A stretch of 64,000 nucleotides of DNA from Calditrichia bacterium (GTDB lineage: Bacteria > Calditrichota > Calditrichia > JAJRVZ01): assembly GCA_963777955.1 (NCBI GenBank), contig CAVZSQ010000013.1:448001-512000 (forward strand), in the 5' to 3' direction. Each line of letters starts with the position of its first letter. The first letter of the stretch is position 1. Positions 39,836 to 54,800 of this stretch are shown one piece after another. The translations under genes and the position numbers were made by a program. The notes beneath the pieces were generated by a model. The model did not search any database. It was not told the origin of the DNA and saw only the letters and a program-made list of their open reading frames with translations.

Positions 39836-42800
39836 TTATTTTAGATAAGCAATTTTTGTGATATAGGTCTGTGTCGCTCCACCGCCGACAGGTTTGATTT
39901 GCAACTGACACAGATATACATCATTAAGCACCGTTTTCCCGCGGTCATTTTTACCATCCCACTTGATATCATCATATGATCCACGAGATCTTCTATCCTT
40001 TTTCGTCCAGACCAATCCTCCGGTCAGAGTAAAGATACGTATTTCAATAGTCGGAATCCTGCTCCAGATATACCAGGATTATGGTTTCGTCTTCATTCCG
40101 GCCAAATGGATTAGGATAATTCCGGAATGCTTCTTTGGAATTATGGGGTACACGACTAATCACCCCCGATCTGCCACCCATCGCTTTGAGGCACTCTTCC
40201 ATCTGGACCCGCCACATCCAAGGACCATATGCGGGATTTACATCATAGGCATAAATATCGAGCAGTACACATCTGAAACTGCGATTGGTAGCGTCTAGAT
40301 TTAAATTTAGCCAGTACTATCACTGTATCCTCTAGTACCTGCAGCCATGACTGAATCACTCCGGTGAATGGGAAGGAATAATGGATTCCCACGTACTCAT
40401 TAGTAATGTCAAGCGAACCAAATTCTATTGCGTCCTTGGCCAGAGCCTGTAATTCATGGTAACGATCCAGATTAACCAGCGTCAAGGATTCAAACATATT
40501 GACCAAAGTTGAAGTCATCAACGTATCGTCACTGCTGGCACCAATAAAAGACAAGTTTTAAATTCTTAAGGGTCACATCATTCTGCAGCCCCGCTAAATC
40601 CAGCATTCGAAATTTCAAAAGCCAATAAGGGTGCATTATCGTCACCGCGTCTGGAACATTTGATTTTCGATCAGGGAATCGGTCAGATTGGTAACTATTA
40701 TACTTCTTTTTCTCAGTGCTGATTGAGAATGACCTGCTGCTGTTACTTGCATCAACATATGCAGGATCGCCACTGTTACGGTCATCCGGTACACCCGGAT
40801 CAGGGTAAAAGTTATAGTTTTGGCAAATACCGTGGTGTCTGGCGCCAGAACACTCCAGATTACCAGGGTATCATCAATGGCAAAGGTGCGAATACTAGTC
40901 TGGTGGTGTTAAAGTAAATATATCCGGCCGTGAGATCTTTACCTGGCATAGACCGGTAACATCAGCCATACCAGTAATACCGTTAAGATCCCTTTCTACC
41001 TTGGTACGGAATTCAATTGTCTGGCCCACTGAAACCAGGCCGTTCTTTGCGGTTTCCGGTGAACTAATTTCTGCCGTCAACATAACCCGGGCGTACGGCT
41101 GCACCAGAATAGAATCATTAACCGTCTGACTTTCTATCTCAGTTCCACTGTTATTATCTGTTACCCAGGCTGTTAGACTAAATCTTTGCATAATTGCACT
41201 GAGCAGAGTTTTTTCACTCCTGATATTCCAGGTGATTACCTTTGTATCCGGAATATATTGCACCGGATTGCTAACAATGAGTCCCGTACCAGGAGGCAAT
41301 GATATTACAGCACGCATATTTGTTACATTGGCGCTGAAATCGAAATAGCGGGTGTAGGTAAAAGTCTGCCCTGCCGATACAGTATCCGCAGGATTGCCGC
41401 CGAGAATTGATATTTCAGCTATGGTTTCCGTGGTAACCGGGATTAATACCTGCCGTACCGCAGCATTGGCCGGCCGCAAGGTATTTTCATCCAGCGGGGT
41501 TGTATCGATCCGGATAGCAATCGATCCGGCTCCCGTTGTCTCAGCCTGTTGTTTCAACGCAACCGAAAGTTCGTTCAGCAATCTCTGCTGTTCCGCTGCC
41601 GCTACGCTGTTCTGCTGGCCATAAGCGCTTCTGGAACTGGTGGCTCCAAGTTTGGACAGTATTTCACTGATCGGCGAGGCAGCATTTTTATTTATGGTAG
41701 TGGTATTGGCATCGATCCACCAGCTGACCGTATCACCGACTGTATAGGTTTTCTGAACAGCATTATCCGTACAACTGCTGCAAAGGCTGAACAGAGAATC
41801 ATCAACTTGTACTGAGATCAAACCCTGGCTGCCGGGAACAATATTGGCCGTACCGGCTCGACTGATATTAGCCCGGATCCTGAACTGCTGACCTTCGGAA
41901 ACACTGCCATCTCTTGCACCAACCGGTTCTACAATAGCCGCTGTAAATACAATACTGGCCTTGGTTATAGTTTGAATGGCCAGCGTGGCATTCGTACTGA
42001 CCGGTGTCAGATTTGCATCGGCATTGAAATTCGCTGAGGCCAACAGGTTCAGCACTGACCAGTCGCTGGCATCTTTCGGAGCCCGGATATACCAGGACAA
42101 ATCATAAACACTCTGCTGAACGTTCAGGAGCTGGCGAATTAAACTGCTATCCTGCGTGGAATAACCTTCTCCGACCGGCAATTGCAGTTTAACCTGGCGG
42201 TTATGGTCAAGCAAGGGATGAAAAGTCACCCGGGCATCTATCCGGATGGAATCCTGATCGGTCGAGACAGTAACACTGTCATTCGTAACGGGACTGCTGA
42301 ACTGTATGGAATTTATTACAATGGAGGCCTGGATCGCATTCACCAGTAACTGGCTGCCGAATGAGTTGATCACGGCATCCTGACCGGTGTTCTGGTCAAC
42401 AGGATAAATCAACTGTGATATCATCAGGGTATCATTAATACCAGCCGTCTGTGCCAGCGATTGTACCAGCCAGCTGACCGAGCGATTGCTAAATGTATAA
42501 GAAGTGTCGGCGGCGGATAAGATCTGGTAATTGGCGGGAACATTCAGGCGTAATAATCCCGGACTAAATGTTGCCGTGCCGCTACTGGTGACATTTAATC
42601 GTACATAGAACCGCTGTCCAACCGCCACGGTCGAATTTGTATCCCCGCTCAGCGTGGTGACTGTACTGCTCAAAGTCAGCACCGCCGGCATATCGGCATG
42701 AACCTGCGCGGTATTTTGAAGTCGGTTGCCCTATACTGATCGGTTGGCCGGTGGTGGCATCAATCGCTGAAACAATTCTGGCCAGGTAAGTATAATCACC

Positions 42801-45800
42801 AGCAAGCGGAATGCTATCCCGGTAGGTATATATGTATTGAGAAGCGGGGGATATATTCTCCGCCAGGACTATCTGGCTTAGCAGATTATTATTGCGAAGT
42901 ATATCGAAAGTCACACTCTTGGCTGTATCGGTTCCGCTGTTGGTTATAAACAACTGCAACTGGAAGGGACGATTTACGTTGACTTTTGGCTTATTGGGTG
43001 CAAGACTATTCCGGACCATGATCAGGCTGTCAATTTTCAGAGCAGCAGGTAATACCACCAGCACGGTATCGGGGCTGCCGGTAAAATTAAATGTATCGAC
43101 CAGAGCCGGAGTACGCTGATCACTGTACCAGACACCCGGTTGCATTACGATTACTCCCGTATCAGCCTGGGCATTCAGCGTAAATGCAGCAGAATAAGGC
43201 CGGCTGTTCCCGGCCGGCAGGATATCCGGTAATGTCGGACTCAATGCGGATGAAATCCAGTTGGCCGATACATCCTTGTTATCACTGGTCCTGCGAAAAT
43301 AAGGTATGATATTTTTTATATCTGCAGTAGAATTACCGCTATTCTGCAGGGTATAAGATACCTGGATATTTTCCTGTCCCTGCCGGACCATATCAGGTAA
43401 CAGATTGAAACTGGTAACCGTAATGGTTGCCGGCTGCAGAATCCGGATGGTGTTCAGACTTACCGTTTCGCGCAGGGTATCTCCGCTGATCTGGATTCCG
43501 ACAACACGCAGGGTAACCGCATAGTCGCTGTTGACCGCCTCGCCCGCCGGAATCATCAATGGTTGAAATTCGATCCAACTGGAATCCTGCGCCAACAGCA
43601 CATAATTGGCCGAAGGATATGTACGCTGGGGTGTGGAAAACCCAAATTCCAGGTAAGAAAGTTCCTTCACGATGGACAGCGAAGCGGTACCCGAATCGTA
43701 CAAACTGATGGTGAATGGGACATTCTGTCTGGGCACCACGCTGGCCGGAGTCAGGGTATTACTCATGTATGTAACCCTGGCGCCGATCAGTACTCTGAAA
43801 CTGGTTATCGGCTGCAGAGATGTTTTAATGATATTTCCGCTGTTCAGGCTCAGCCGGGCAAAAACATTAATCCGTCCAAGCGGAAAATCCTGCGGAACAT
43901 CAAAGACAAAACGTAATTCATTATTGGGTATAGTCTGCAATACTGTAAGCGAATCGGCCCGGCTAATTGTAGATACCAGCAATTCATTTTGTGCCTCATC
44001 CTTAAAAATCAATCTGGTACCGAGTGAATCGATTGGTATTGGAGCTCCATTATTTTCAACCTGCATGATCACCGTGACATTTGACTGACCCTGCAAAACG
44101 TACCCGGGGGAAACCCGTGCCGGGCCGAAGATAATTTGCCCGCCGATCGTGATCTGCCCGGCCTCGATTTGCTGAACATATGAACTGCCATTGCTCCAGC
44201 CGGCTAAAGTAATTGTAACCGGATAATCACCCGCCGGGACGCCGGTTATTAAAGTTTGTCTGAATGCAAGTAAAGTACTGTCAAGCCCGTTCAGAGTTTG
44301 ATCGGAGGTACCGGCCAGCGGAATAGCATAGACCGTCCCGTTAATACTTAAAGTAGTCCGGGCTGAATCAAGAGCAATACCTGCCTGACCGTTGTTATAA
44401 AATCGGGCTGTGAGTTGAACTGTTGTATCGACTCCGAATCCCGCCGGTTGAATGTTAAGCCAGAGAGGATCCGCCGGAGTCTGCAGAAAAATATTGTGCT
44501 GGGCGCCGGCAGAAATCGGAGCCTGGGAATTTACATCTATACCGGAGACCGAAACGCTGGCCTGCACATCCCCAAGAATACCATTGGCCGCGATAATGTA
44601 AAAACGAATGGTGTCGGAACTGTTTCCGGCAAGTATGTACGGCGTCGAACGATTATCCAGTATGTAACGCTGGAACCTTGAATCTGCCGTGCTGAACGTC
44701 ATGGAGATATTCTCGATCCTGGCCGGCGAAATACCGCCATTGCGGAATTGAATGACAGCCAGTACGCTGTCCTGATTCCAGCTGACCGTATCCGGAGTAA
44801 GGTCAAAGCTTAATATATTTAAAGCGGCAATATTTTGAACACTCAGAGTATCCCTGCTGGCTGCCGTGGTGATATTAAATGGCTGATAGTCATTAGCATC
44901 ACTGTAGGTAATAAAGCCGTCGACAAAATAACTACCAATCGTCGCCAGCGGGGAGACCGAAACATTATAGTCGATTACAGTGCTCTGTCCGGCTGTGAGA
45001 AATAATGGTATAGAAGGCGTTGATCTCCGGCTTATGACAAAGTTGCCATCGGCATTCGCCGCGCCTAACATCATATTCAGATCGACACTATCAAGTCGCG
45101 CCGTGGCGCCACTTTGATTGACAATGGTTAAACTGGCCGTCAGACCGGTTTGGCCGGTACTGGCCACATCAGGAGTAATCGCTGCCGACTGCAGTACCAC
45201 AACCGGACGTGTCTGCACCGTCCAATTGTCTGTAGTTACGGCTCCGCTCAGGAGAATAGTCTGGCCTGATGATATCTCCGTGGCCTGTATGCGGGCATCG
45301 ATTGTCTCCAGGCCCAGCATAGCCGTTGGCTGTACAGAAACCTGAATGGTGAAAATCTGTGAAGTGCCTGCATTCAGCACCACCGGTAATGCCGGTAATG
45401 CTTGTGCAGTCGTATAATTTGCCAGGCCATTGGCAAACATCAACAGCACGCTATCCACCCGGATGGCGGTACCCCCTAGATTCCGTAAAGTGACCGAAAC
45501 CGGAATGTCAGCCTGACCACGACTGACCAGTTGAGGAGTCGTGATCACGGACGCAATCTCCATATTCGATACTGATTGCACCTGCCAGATCCAATTTGCG
45601 CTGCTGGTAAATTCAGCACTCGCGCCGGAAACCTGGTTCGTGTAAGCAACCTGGGCCCGTAAAGTATCATACCCCACTGCTGAATTACCGGCTACATTGA
45701 TTGTATCTACCAGTATTCTCGTGCTGTTGCCATTCAGGATAATGGGTAATAATGGCCGGCGCTGGGTATACAGACCGATCTTACTGGTCAGGTTCAATGA

Positions 45801-48800
45801 GTTAACCTGCACGGCAGCCTGTCCGCTATTGACCATTCTGATATAAACCAGAATATCACTCTGACCCTGAACCACATATGGCAGCGAGTAGATCGAATCG
45901 ACGGTCACATTCGGCTGGGTGAGCAGGAACCAGTTGTCCGTCACAGCCCCGGATACATCCTGTACCCGCTGGTTGCTGTTGATATCATATCCGTAGACCT
46001 GTGCCGAGATTGTGGTGTTGCCGGCCGGAGCACTGCCCGGAATATGTACGCGCAAATCAAAAGCCCTCGTTCCGCCGCCGTTTACTGTAAACGGCAAGGC
46101 GGGAGTAACTGCCAGGGGATCTCCGTAAGGAATCGTCCGTAATGTATCTATAACCACAGATGCCTGTCCGGTATTACCAATCGTTACCGTCAGGGTTGTA
46201 TCCATATTTTGAGTTACCGTATCAGTACTGACCACCAAACCCTGGACAATTGTGTTTGCCACCGTTTGAATACGCAATGAATCACCCAGGATGATGGTAC
46301 GATCAAAACTTGAACTATTTTCATGTCCGACCAGCCGGAGTGAGTATGGGTATATACCCGCTGCTGCGGTCATGGCCGCCTGGTTAAATTGCAGGTTCGG
46401 AGTACTATTCCCGGGAATGACTGTAAAATTCTGAACAGGGAAACTTTGTCCGTCAACCTGCAACCTGGTCAAACTTGTATCCAGATCCAAATCTGCCTGG
46501 CCGGTGTTCTGCAATTGCACTTCCGGTTGAATTAACTGATTCCGGGAGATCAATGTGGGAGTAACAGCACTGTAAACTATATTTACGGCACGCTGGATCA
46601 GCCAGCTGTCAGTGGTATCAGCACCAACATCGGAAACCGGGGAGTCTGTAAAAGTATCCCGGCCATATACCGACGCATTGATCATTTCCACACCGCTCGG
46701 AGAGGCAGCATTCAGTTGAACCAGGAATTGAATGGCAGTGGTCGACGCACTGTCCAGAGTAATAGCCGGTTGTTGAAAAACCGTAGCCGGAATATATAAT
46801 CCGCGAATTGTATTTAACCGCACGGAATCGATTACCACAGAATTATTTCCGGAATTGGCCACCCGGAGCAGAACCCGGATGCTATCCTGGCCGGTACTCA
46901 CAGTATCCAGATCAGCCTGTACGGCAAGGATATTCACCCCTCCTGAACCAAAAACCTGCCAGGCCGAAAGATACGCGGATGTATGCGTTCCGTCCTGAGT
47001 GCGGTTTACTTCCTGGAATTGCACTCCGCCGCGCAAAGAATCAACACCAAGGGGTGCCGTAGTAAGCACATCCACATCGTAGGTGATCGTGTCCTGTTGA
47101 CCGCCATCGATGAAGAATGGAAAAGTCGGCGCGATTAATTCACGATTATAATAAGTATTACCATTTCTGAAATTAAGCGTAACCGAATTCAGCTGAGCAC
47201 GGGCTTGTCCATAATTGCGTACCGCCAGCGTTGTGGCAATATCATTTTGACCCTGGCGGACTGAAGCAGGATTGGTAATAGCAAACACGCGGACATCAGC
47301 AGGTGTCTGCAGCAGAATTGAATCGGTTTGTACACTTCCCAGGACATTCACACTTGAACCTGTAATCTGATCGGTTCCAAATGCATTCAGATTCAAAGTA
47401 ATGTAACCACTGTCTAGCGGCGTTGCACTGGCAGTCAACCGGAACTGAGCAGTAATCCTTTGGCCGGCATTCAGCAGATAAGGTATATTAGGCGCCATTA
47501 ATTGAGCGGATAGTATCGGATGAATAACTATACCATCAAAAGTCATTTGCAAAGTATTCAGTTGAACCGCTGCGTCCCCGGTATTGCCGATTACCGCATA
47601 GGCCAATACGCCGGTTTGACCCAGAGTCATGCTCGTGGTTGCCGTATAAACACTGTCGATCACCAATGCGGCCTGATTGCCAATCCTCCAGGTCTTGGGA
47701 GTGACTGCACCACTGTCCACATAACTGGCGGTCAGATTATTGGCATCCCGGTATCTGACAAAACCATCCACCCATATCGTATCACCAATTACTGAATTTG
47801 ATATATCCACATTATAAAATATGGTATCTCTCTCCCCTCCGGACAGTGAATCTTTTAGTGTGGCGATCAGGATCGAATCAATTATGGAACCTGCCGGTAC
47901 GCCATACAGGCCGGTGGTATCCATGTAAGCAGTAGCCAATCCCTGATTGCGAATTTGCATTTCCACCAGCAGATTCTGCTGACCCCGGTTGACCTGCGGA
48001 TAACTGTTGCGGATTGACGTGATCACGATCTGGGGTGCTGACTGAACCAGCCAGGCATCAAGGTAAGCACTCTGGTCTGCTGCGATTGCCCCGGTACGCT
48101 GATTGCGGCCGATAACAAATCCGCGAATGGAATCGATCCCTGTCGCAGCAAAGGTGTTTATGGTTACCGTAAAATCAAACTGCTGCGTCGATAACGGAGC
48201 AATGGTAAACGGCAGTACGGGCGCAGTTAATGTTACCAGATTATTATTGTTCAAAAATTGCAATCCGATGCTGTCAGCGGCGCCGATGCGTGCTCCCACC
48301 TGGCCGGTATTAGTAATCTGCATCTGAATAGTTAAACCGGCCTGGCCCTGACTGACCCTGCTGGCAATGGCATTAATAGACATAATATCAAGATTGGCCC
48401 GGCTCAAGACCGTCCAGGTATCATAAATAACAGGATTATTCAGCACATAAGTACTGCCGCTATTCTGATCCTGATAAGTGACCGCTACCCGGAAAGTATC
48501 TAATCCGGTGGCAGCATTCTCAGCAATATCTATTGTATAGTTAATAAGTGCCGAATCACCGCCATTGATTGTTAGTGGGAAAATAATTCCGGACGGTGCC
48601 AGGGTATATGTAGAGTTATAGTCAAAGACTATATCAGCGGCACTATTGATCCGTGCCGTCGCATTACCGCTATTCCGAACCCGAACCGCAATACTTTGAT
48701 CCTGTTCACCCTGACTCACATTGATATCACTTAACAGGATGGAAGAAAGAATTAAACTGCTTGGTGATTGAACCTCAAGTTCATCTCCCGGAGCTGTAAG

Positions 48801-51800
48801 CAGAGTACCGCTGTAAGGCACCCCATTCTCAGTTCCGTTCAGGATCAACGTACCGGAATAACTTCCCTGTGCCAGGCTGATATTTGCGGCAGCGAACCGC
48901 AGGATAGAATTAGTAGCTGCGGTAATTGCCTGATCTCCGTTGAGAGTAAAAGTCTGCGTACCGAAAGTCAGCGTTGTTTGCGCCTGCTGGAGCAGGACAT
49001 TCGCATCTCCGGTGTTGTTTACTGTAACCTCGAATGAGGCCGGCTGCCCGTTTGATACGGTTTGTGGTGTGTAACTGACCAGGGCAACTTGTGCAGCATT
49101 AATGATTGTAAACGAGTCCGTGGTAATAGACGAATTGTCATACACAAAATTGCCATTGACCGCCAGTGTCCCGGAGATATATCCATCCACCTGCACATTA
49201 CCGAGAGTAGCACTGACCGGTACTGCCACACGGAACGAAAAACTCGCCTGGGCTTTTGCCGGGATATTAACCGGATTGGCCGGAGCGGGTATTAAGGTAA
49301 AACCTAACTCCGGATTAAAAACCAGCGCAGGATTCAGGTTCTGCAGAAGATAAGCGCTATTATTTTGAACTACCATGGTGATATCGGGTATGGTATCACC
49401 CAGACTTACAATATTACCCGCTAAACCAATAATGGTAACAGAGCGAATAACCAGCGGCTCGATTGCTAATTCAGCCGGCGATGAGTTTAACGTACCATTT
49501 ATCGTTTCTCCGCCTGACGTAGCATCAAAAGTGAATGCCGGGGTATAATCACCCATAATAAAATTATCCGCGATAATTCCATCAATAAATTTAAGCCGGA
49601 CTGTATTCGATCGTGCAGGCATCGCCGCCGGTGAATCCAGTTGCGCCGTGGTAGTATTGATGCCATCCGAGAAACTTAAATATGTATTAGCCAGGTTTAA
49701 ATTGACAACATCCGGACCTGGATTGGAAAAATCTGCATAAAAAGTTAATGTATCACCCGGTAAACCGACCTTGGGATTAAGTGAATTACTATTATATCTG
49801 ACAGCATAGACATTGAATGTGGTGGTATCGTTTGCTCCGATGATATAAGCGCGGGCAATACTCGAATCTAAATTAGCCGGTGGAAAATATACACTCTGGG
49901 CCAGGCCCGAACTATTCGTGCTGGTTATCGGATTGGATACACGCGTTGCCGGTAAAAATCCGACTGAACGGTTGGCCACCAGATTATTATACTGATCCCT
50001 GACTTCGGCCTGCAAAAGCCGTCCGCTGCCGGCAAAGGTTGTCCGGTTATTGCCGGTAATTGAAGTAATATTAACTGCCGCACCTGGTATAACAGTTGCC
50101 CGGAATAAAGCAGGATCCGCACCTGAAGAAGTGGCTCTGAGCGTATCATAACCAGCCTGGGTTCTCAGGACCCAATTCGCCTGAGCATAGCCGCCGGAAT
50201 TAGTCAGCAAGCCGGCATTGACTGTATCACCATCAGCAGTGTTAGTCCAGTCGATCGTTGCACCTGAAACCGGATTCATATACTGATCAACAAGCCGGAT
50301 CCTCACCGCTAAAGCCAACTGGGTTCCGGCCACACCTGACTGCTGATTGCCGGAGTACAGGATAAGCGAATCCCCTACATCGGCCAGTGCTGTGGCTTGA
50401 AACAGAATCTGACCGGGATCGAGTGTATTATTCATCGCCACAACAACATAATTTCCAATTTTGGATCCCATGGTAAAAGTAGTTTGAGCCAAACCACTGG
50501 CGTTGGTCTGTGTTTGAATCGGATTGAGCGAGTAATCCCCGCCTCCATCCGGTAAAGCTAACATACCAAAGGCAATGGTAACTCCGGATACCGGATTACC
50601 CAGACTATCCGCAACCCTGACCACCATAGGCAGGGGTAAATTAGTTCCAACAACACCCGTTTGATTGTTACCTGAAACTAAGATCAGACTATCGGCAGAT
50701 GACGAACCTACAATTGCATAAAATGCCGCTGTAGCGGGTATACTGGCCACAGTGGCATAAGCAGTATCGGCACCCAGGCTGCTGCGCAAACGCCAGTTAG
50801 CACCGGCATAACCTGAATTATCAGTAATATTTATTGCCGGAATCGAGCTGGCCGCTGGACGAAGGAGTAGTCCAGTTTACGGTAATATTTGGCACCGGAT
50901 TGGTAAAACGATCGATAACCCGTATCCGCGGCGGATCGGAGACGAATGAACTGGCCGAACCGGTCTGCACAAAACCGCCGCCGACAATTATTATTGAGTC
51001 GGGATTTGCCGGACGTACCCGGATCAAACCTGAAATATCGCCTAATACAGTATGACGAGCTCTGAAAATTGCAGAATTGACCGTCCGGAAATAAAACCGG
51101 TTAAATGTCGCTGAATCTGAGTTGGCAAAGAAACCGATCGGATCGCCATCGGTTGACCATAAAACTCTCTGGTCACCTAAATAATTATTTTCCAGATCAT
51201 AACCGGCGGCATAAAGGGCAACCGAATCGCCGGCAATCCGGGTTAAAGTGTCCAGTTCGATCCCGCCGCCGCCAGGCCCTGTGCGGATGATCAGTTTTGT
51301 CAAACCGCCGGGCTGGATGACGATTGTTCCGGTTGAATCATTATTCCAACCTGAACTGTTGGTTGTATAAATAAATCCGTTGCCTGGTGCAATCGGGAAA
51401 ATATTCAAGTTAGAGGTATTGGTGCTGTCGGTAAATCCTGATATTGTTCCGGTCTTTTGCCAGTCTACATTTACATCCGATACATAATTGCTGTTTACAT
51501 CGTAGCCGGCGGAATAGAAATGAAGATTATCGCCGACGACGATCGTATCAGCAGCAAACTCTGCTCCGGCACCGTCAGGTGCATCACGTATGACTAGTGA
51601 GGCCACGGTACCTGTCCCAACCGTAATTAAACCTGTATAATCAAGAATACTTGGATTGCTTGTACTTATGGCCCGGATCAGACCTGAACCAAGTGTTGTT
51701 GCATCGAATACAATGCTGTCCAGTAAATTAGCAGTTATGAATTGTCCGATCGGGGCATTTAAAAACCAGTTTGCATTCCTGGTGCCTAGATAATTACCAT

Positions 51801-54800
51801 AAAGATCATAACCGACCGCATACAATGTTAAAGTCTGATCCGTGGTCAGTGTCGTGTCATCAAACGCCTGACCTGCCGTGCGTATTGTCTGTATTTTTAA
51901 TTCTGCCAATGTCCCGCTAGTAATTGTAATAGTACCTGTTGAATCAGGAGTTACACCGCCAATAGAACTGGTGGCGATGATCCGCCCGGCATCGGGTGCG
52001 ATACTCGGAGAAAAGACATAAGAACTTCCGGAACCTGAAACTGAATTGGCTAATCCGATCTCCGACCAATTGACTGTAACATTGCCCGTGTAATTTGCAT
52101 ACTGGTCGTATCCCGCTGCATAGAATACAATTGAACTTGTGACAGTAATGGTTGAATCAGCAAATTCTACTCCCTGATTATTATTTGCTGTTCGTATGCG
52201 CACATAATCAAGACTATTGGACGTAATCGTGATTAGCCCGCTCACCCCCTGCTTGGCGTGATCTGACTGGCTCCAGCCGGTCAGCGTAAAACTCTCCGCG
52301 GTATTGTCATATACCTGAAACGTCGCTACTCCCGCCGTTAAACTCTGACTCGCCGGCGTCTCTATAACATTGGCACTGCTGCCGATTAATTCCACCACCG
52401 TGCTGTTATCGCTGCTTACTAAATTGTTATTGCCGTCATAGGCACGGACCACTACGTTTATATTCACCCCGGCCAGCGCACTGTATACCGCCGGCGTCAC
52501 CGTGTAGTACGATATGCCTCCCGCTGTTCCCGTCACCGTGAACACTATACTATCCGCAGGACTGCTCACTATCACCGCCGCCACCAGGTTCGCACCCGCT
52601 ACCGCTCCGGTCGTTAACGTCGCCTCCGCTATGCCATTGGCACCGCTGCTTACCGTGCGCACTCCCAAACCACCTAAATTTCCGCCGCCGCTTATTACCC
52701 GGTATCTGATACTCTCATTATTCACTACATTACCATACGCATCCGTCACCAATGAACGCAGTAACTGATCCGTTCCTGCCACCACGCTCACTCCGCTACC
52801 GCTCGATACCGACAGGTTCGTCGCCGCATTCGAACTGACCGTCACTACCCCGCTAACCCCCTGCTTGGCGTGATCTGACTGGCTCCAGCCGGTCAGCGTA
52901 AAACTCTCCGCGGTATTGTCATATACCTGAAACGTCGCTACTCCCGCCGTTAAACTCTGACTCGCCGGCGTCTCTATAACATTGGCACTGCTGCCGATTA
53001 ATTCCACCACCGTGCTGTTATCGCTGCTTACTAAATTGTTATTGCCGTCATAGGCACGGACCACTACGTTTATATTCACCCCGGCCAGAGCACTGTATAC
53101 CGCCGGCGTCACCGTGTAGTACGATATGCCTCCCGCTGTTCCCGTCACCGTGAACACTATACTATCCGCAGGACTGCTCACTATCACCGCCGCCACCAGG
53201 TTCGCACCCGCTACCGCTCCGGTCGTTAACGTCGCCTCCGCTATGCCATTGGCACCGCTGCTCACCGTGCGCACTCCCAAACCACCTAAATTTCCGCCGC
53301 CGCTTATTACCCGGTATCTGATACTCTCATTATTCACTACATTACCATACGCATCCGTCACCAATGAACGCAGTAACTGATCCGTTCCTGCCACCACGCT
53401 CACTCCGCTACCGCTCGATACCGACAGGTTCGTCGCCGCATTCGAACTGACCGTCACTACCCCGCTAACCCCCTGCTTGGCGTGATCTGACTGGCTCCAG
53501 CCGGTCAGCGTAAAACTCTCCGCGGTATTGTCATATACCTGAAACGTCGCTACTCCCGCCGTTAAACTCTGACTCGCCGGCGTCTCTATAACATTGGCAC
53601 TGCTGCCGATTAATTCCACCACCGTGCTGTTATCGCTGCTTACTAAATTGTTATTGCCGTCATAGGCACGGACCACTACGTTTATATTCACCCCGGCCAG
53701 CGCACTGTATACCGCCGGCGTCACCGTGTAGTACGATATGCCTCCCGCTGTTCCCGTCACCGTGAACACTATACTATCCGCAGGACTGCTCACTATCACC
53801 GCCGCCACCAGGTTCGCACCCGCTACCGCTCCGGTCGTTAACGTCGCCTCCGCTATGCCATTGGCACCGCTGCTCACCGTGCGCACTCCCAAACCACCTA
53901 AATTTCCGCCGCCGCTTATTACCCGGTATCTGATACTCTCATTATTCACTACATTACCATACGCATCCGTCACCAATGAACGCAGTAACTGATCCGTTCC
54001 CGCCACCACGCTCACTCCGCTACCGCTCGATACCGACAGGTTCGTCGCCGCATTCGAACTGACCGTCACTACCCCGCTAACCCCCTGCTTGGCGTGATCT
54101 GACTGGCTCCAGCCGGTCAGCGTAAAACTCTCCGCTGTATTGTCATATACCTGAAACGTCGCTACTCCCGCCGTTAAACTCTGACTCGCCGGCGTCTCTA
54201 TAACATTCGCACTGCTGCCGATTAATTCCACCACCGTGCTGTTATCGCTGCTCACTAAATTGTTATTGCCGTCATAGGCACGTACCACTACGTTTATATT
54301 CACCCCGGCCAGCGCACTGTATACCGCCGGCGTCACCGTGTAGTACGATATGCCTCCCGCTGTTCCCGTCACCGTGAACACTATACTATCCGCAGGACTG
54401 CTCACTATCACCGCCGCCACCAGGTTCGCACCCGCTACCGCTCCGGTCGTTAACGTCGCCTCCGCTATGCCATTGGCACCGCTGCTCACCGTGCGCACTC
54501 CCAAACCACCTAAATTTCCGCCGCCGCTTATTACCCGGTATCTGATACTCTCATTATTCACTACATTACCATACGCATCCGTCACCAATGAACGCAGTAA
54601 CTGATCCGTTCCTGCCACCACGCTCACTCCGCTACCGCTCGATACCGACAGGTTCGTCGCCGCATTCGAACTGACCGTCACTACCCCGCTAACCCCCTGC
54701 TTGGCGTGATCTGACTGGCTCCAGCCGGTCAGCGTAAAACTCTCCGCGGTATTGTCATATACCTGAAACGTCGCTACTCCCGCCGTTAAACTCTGACTCG

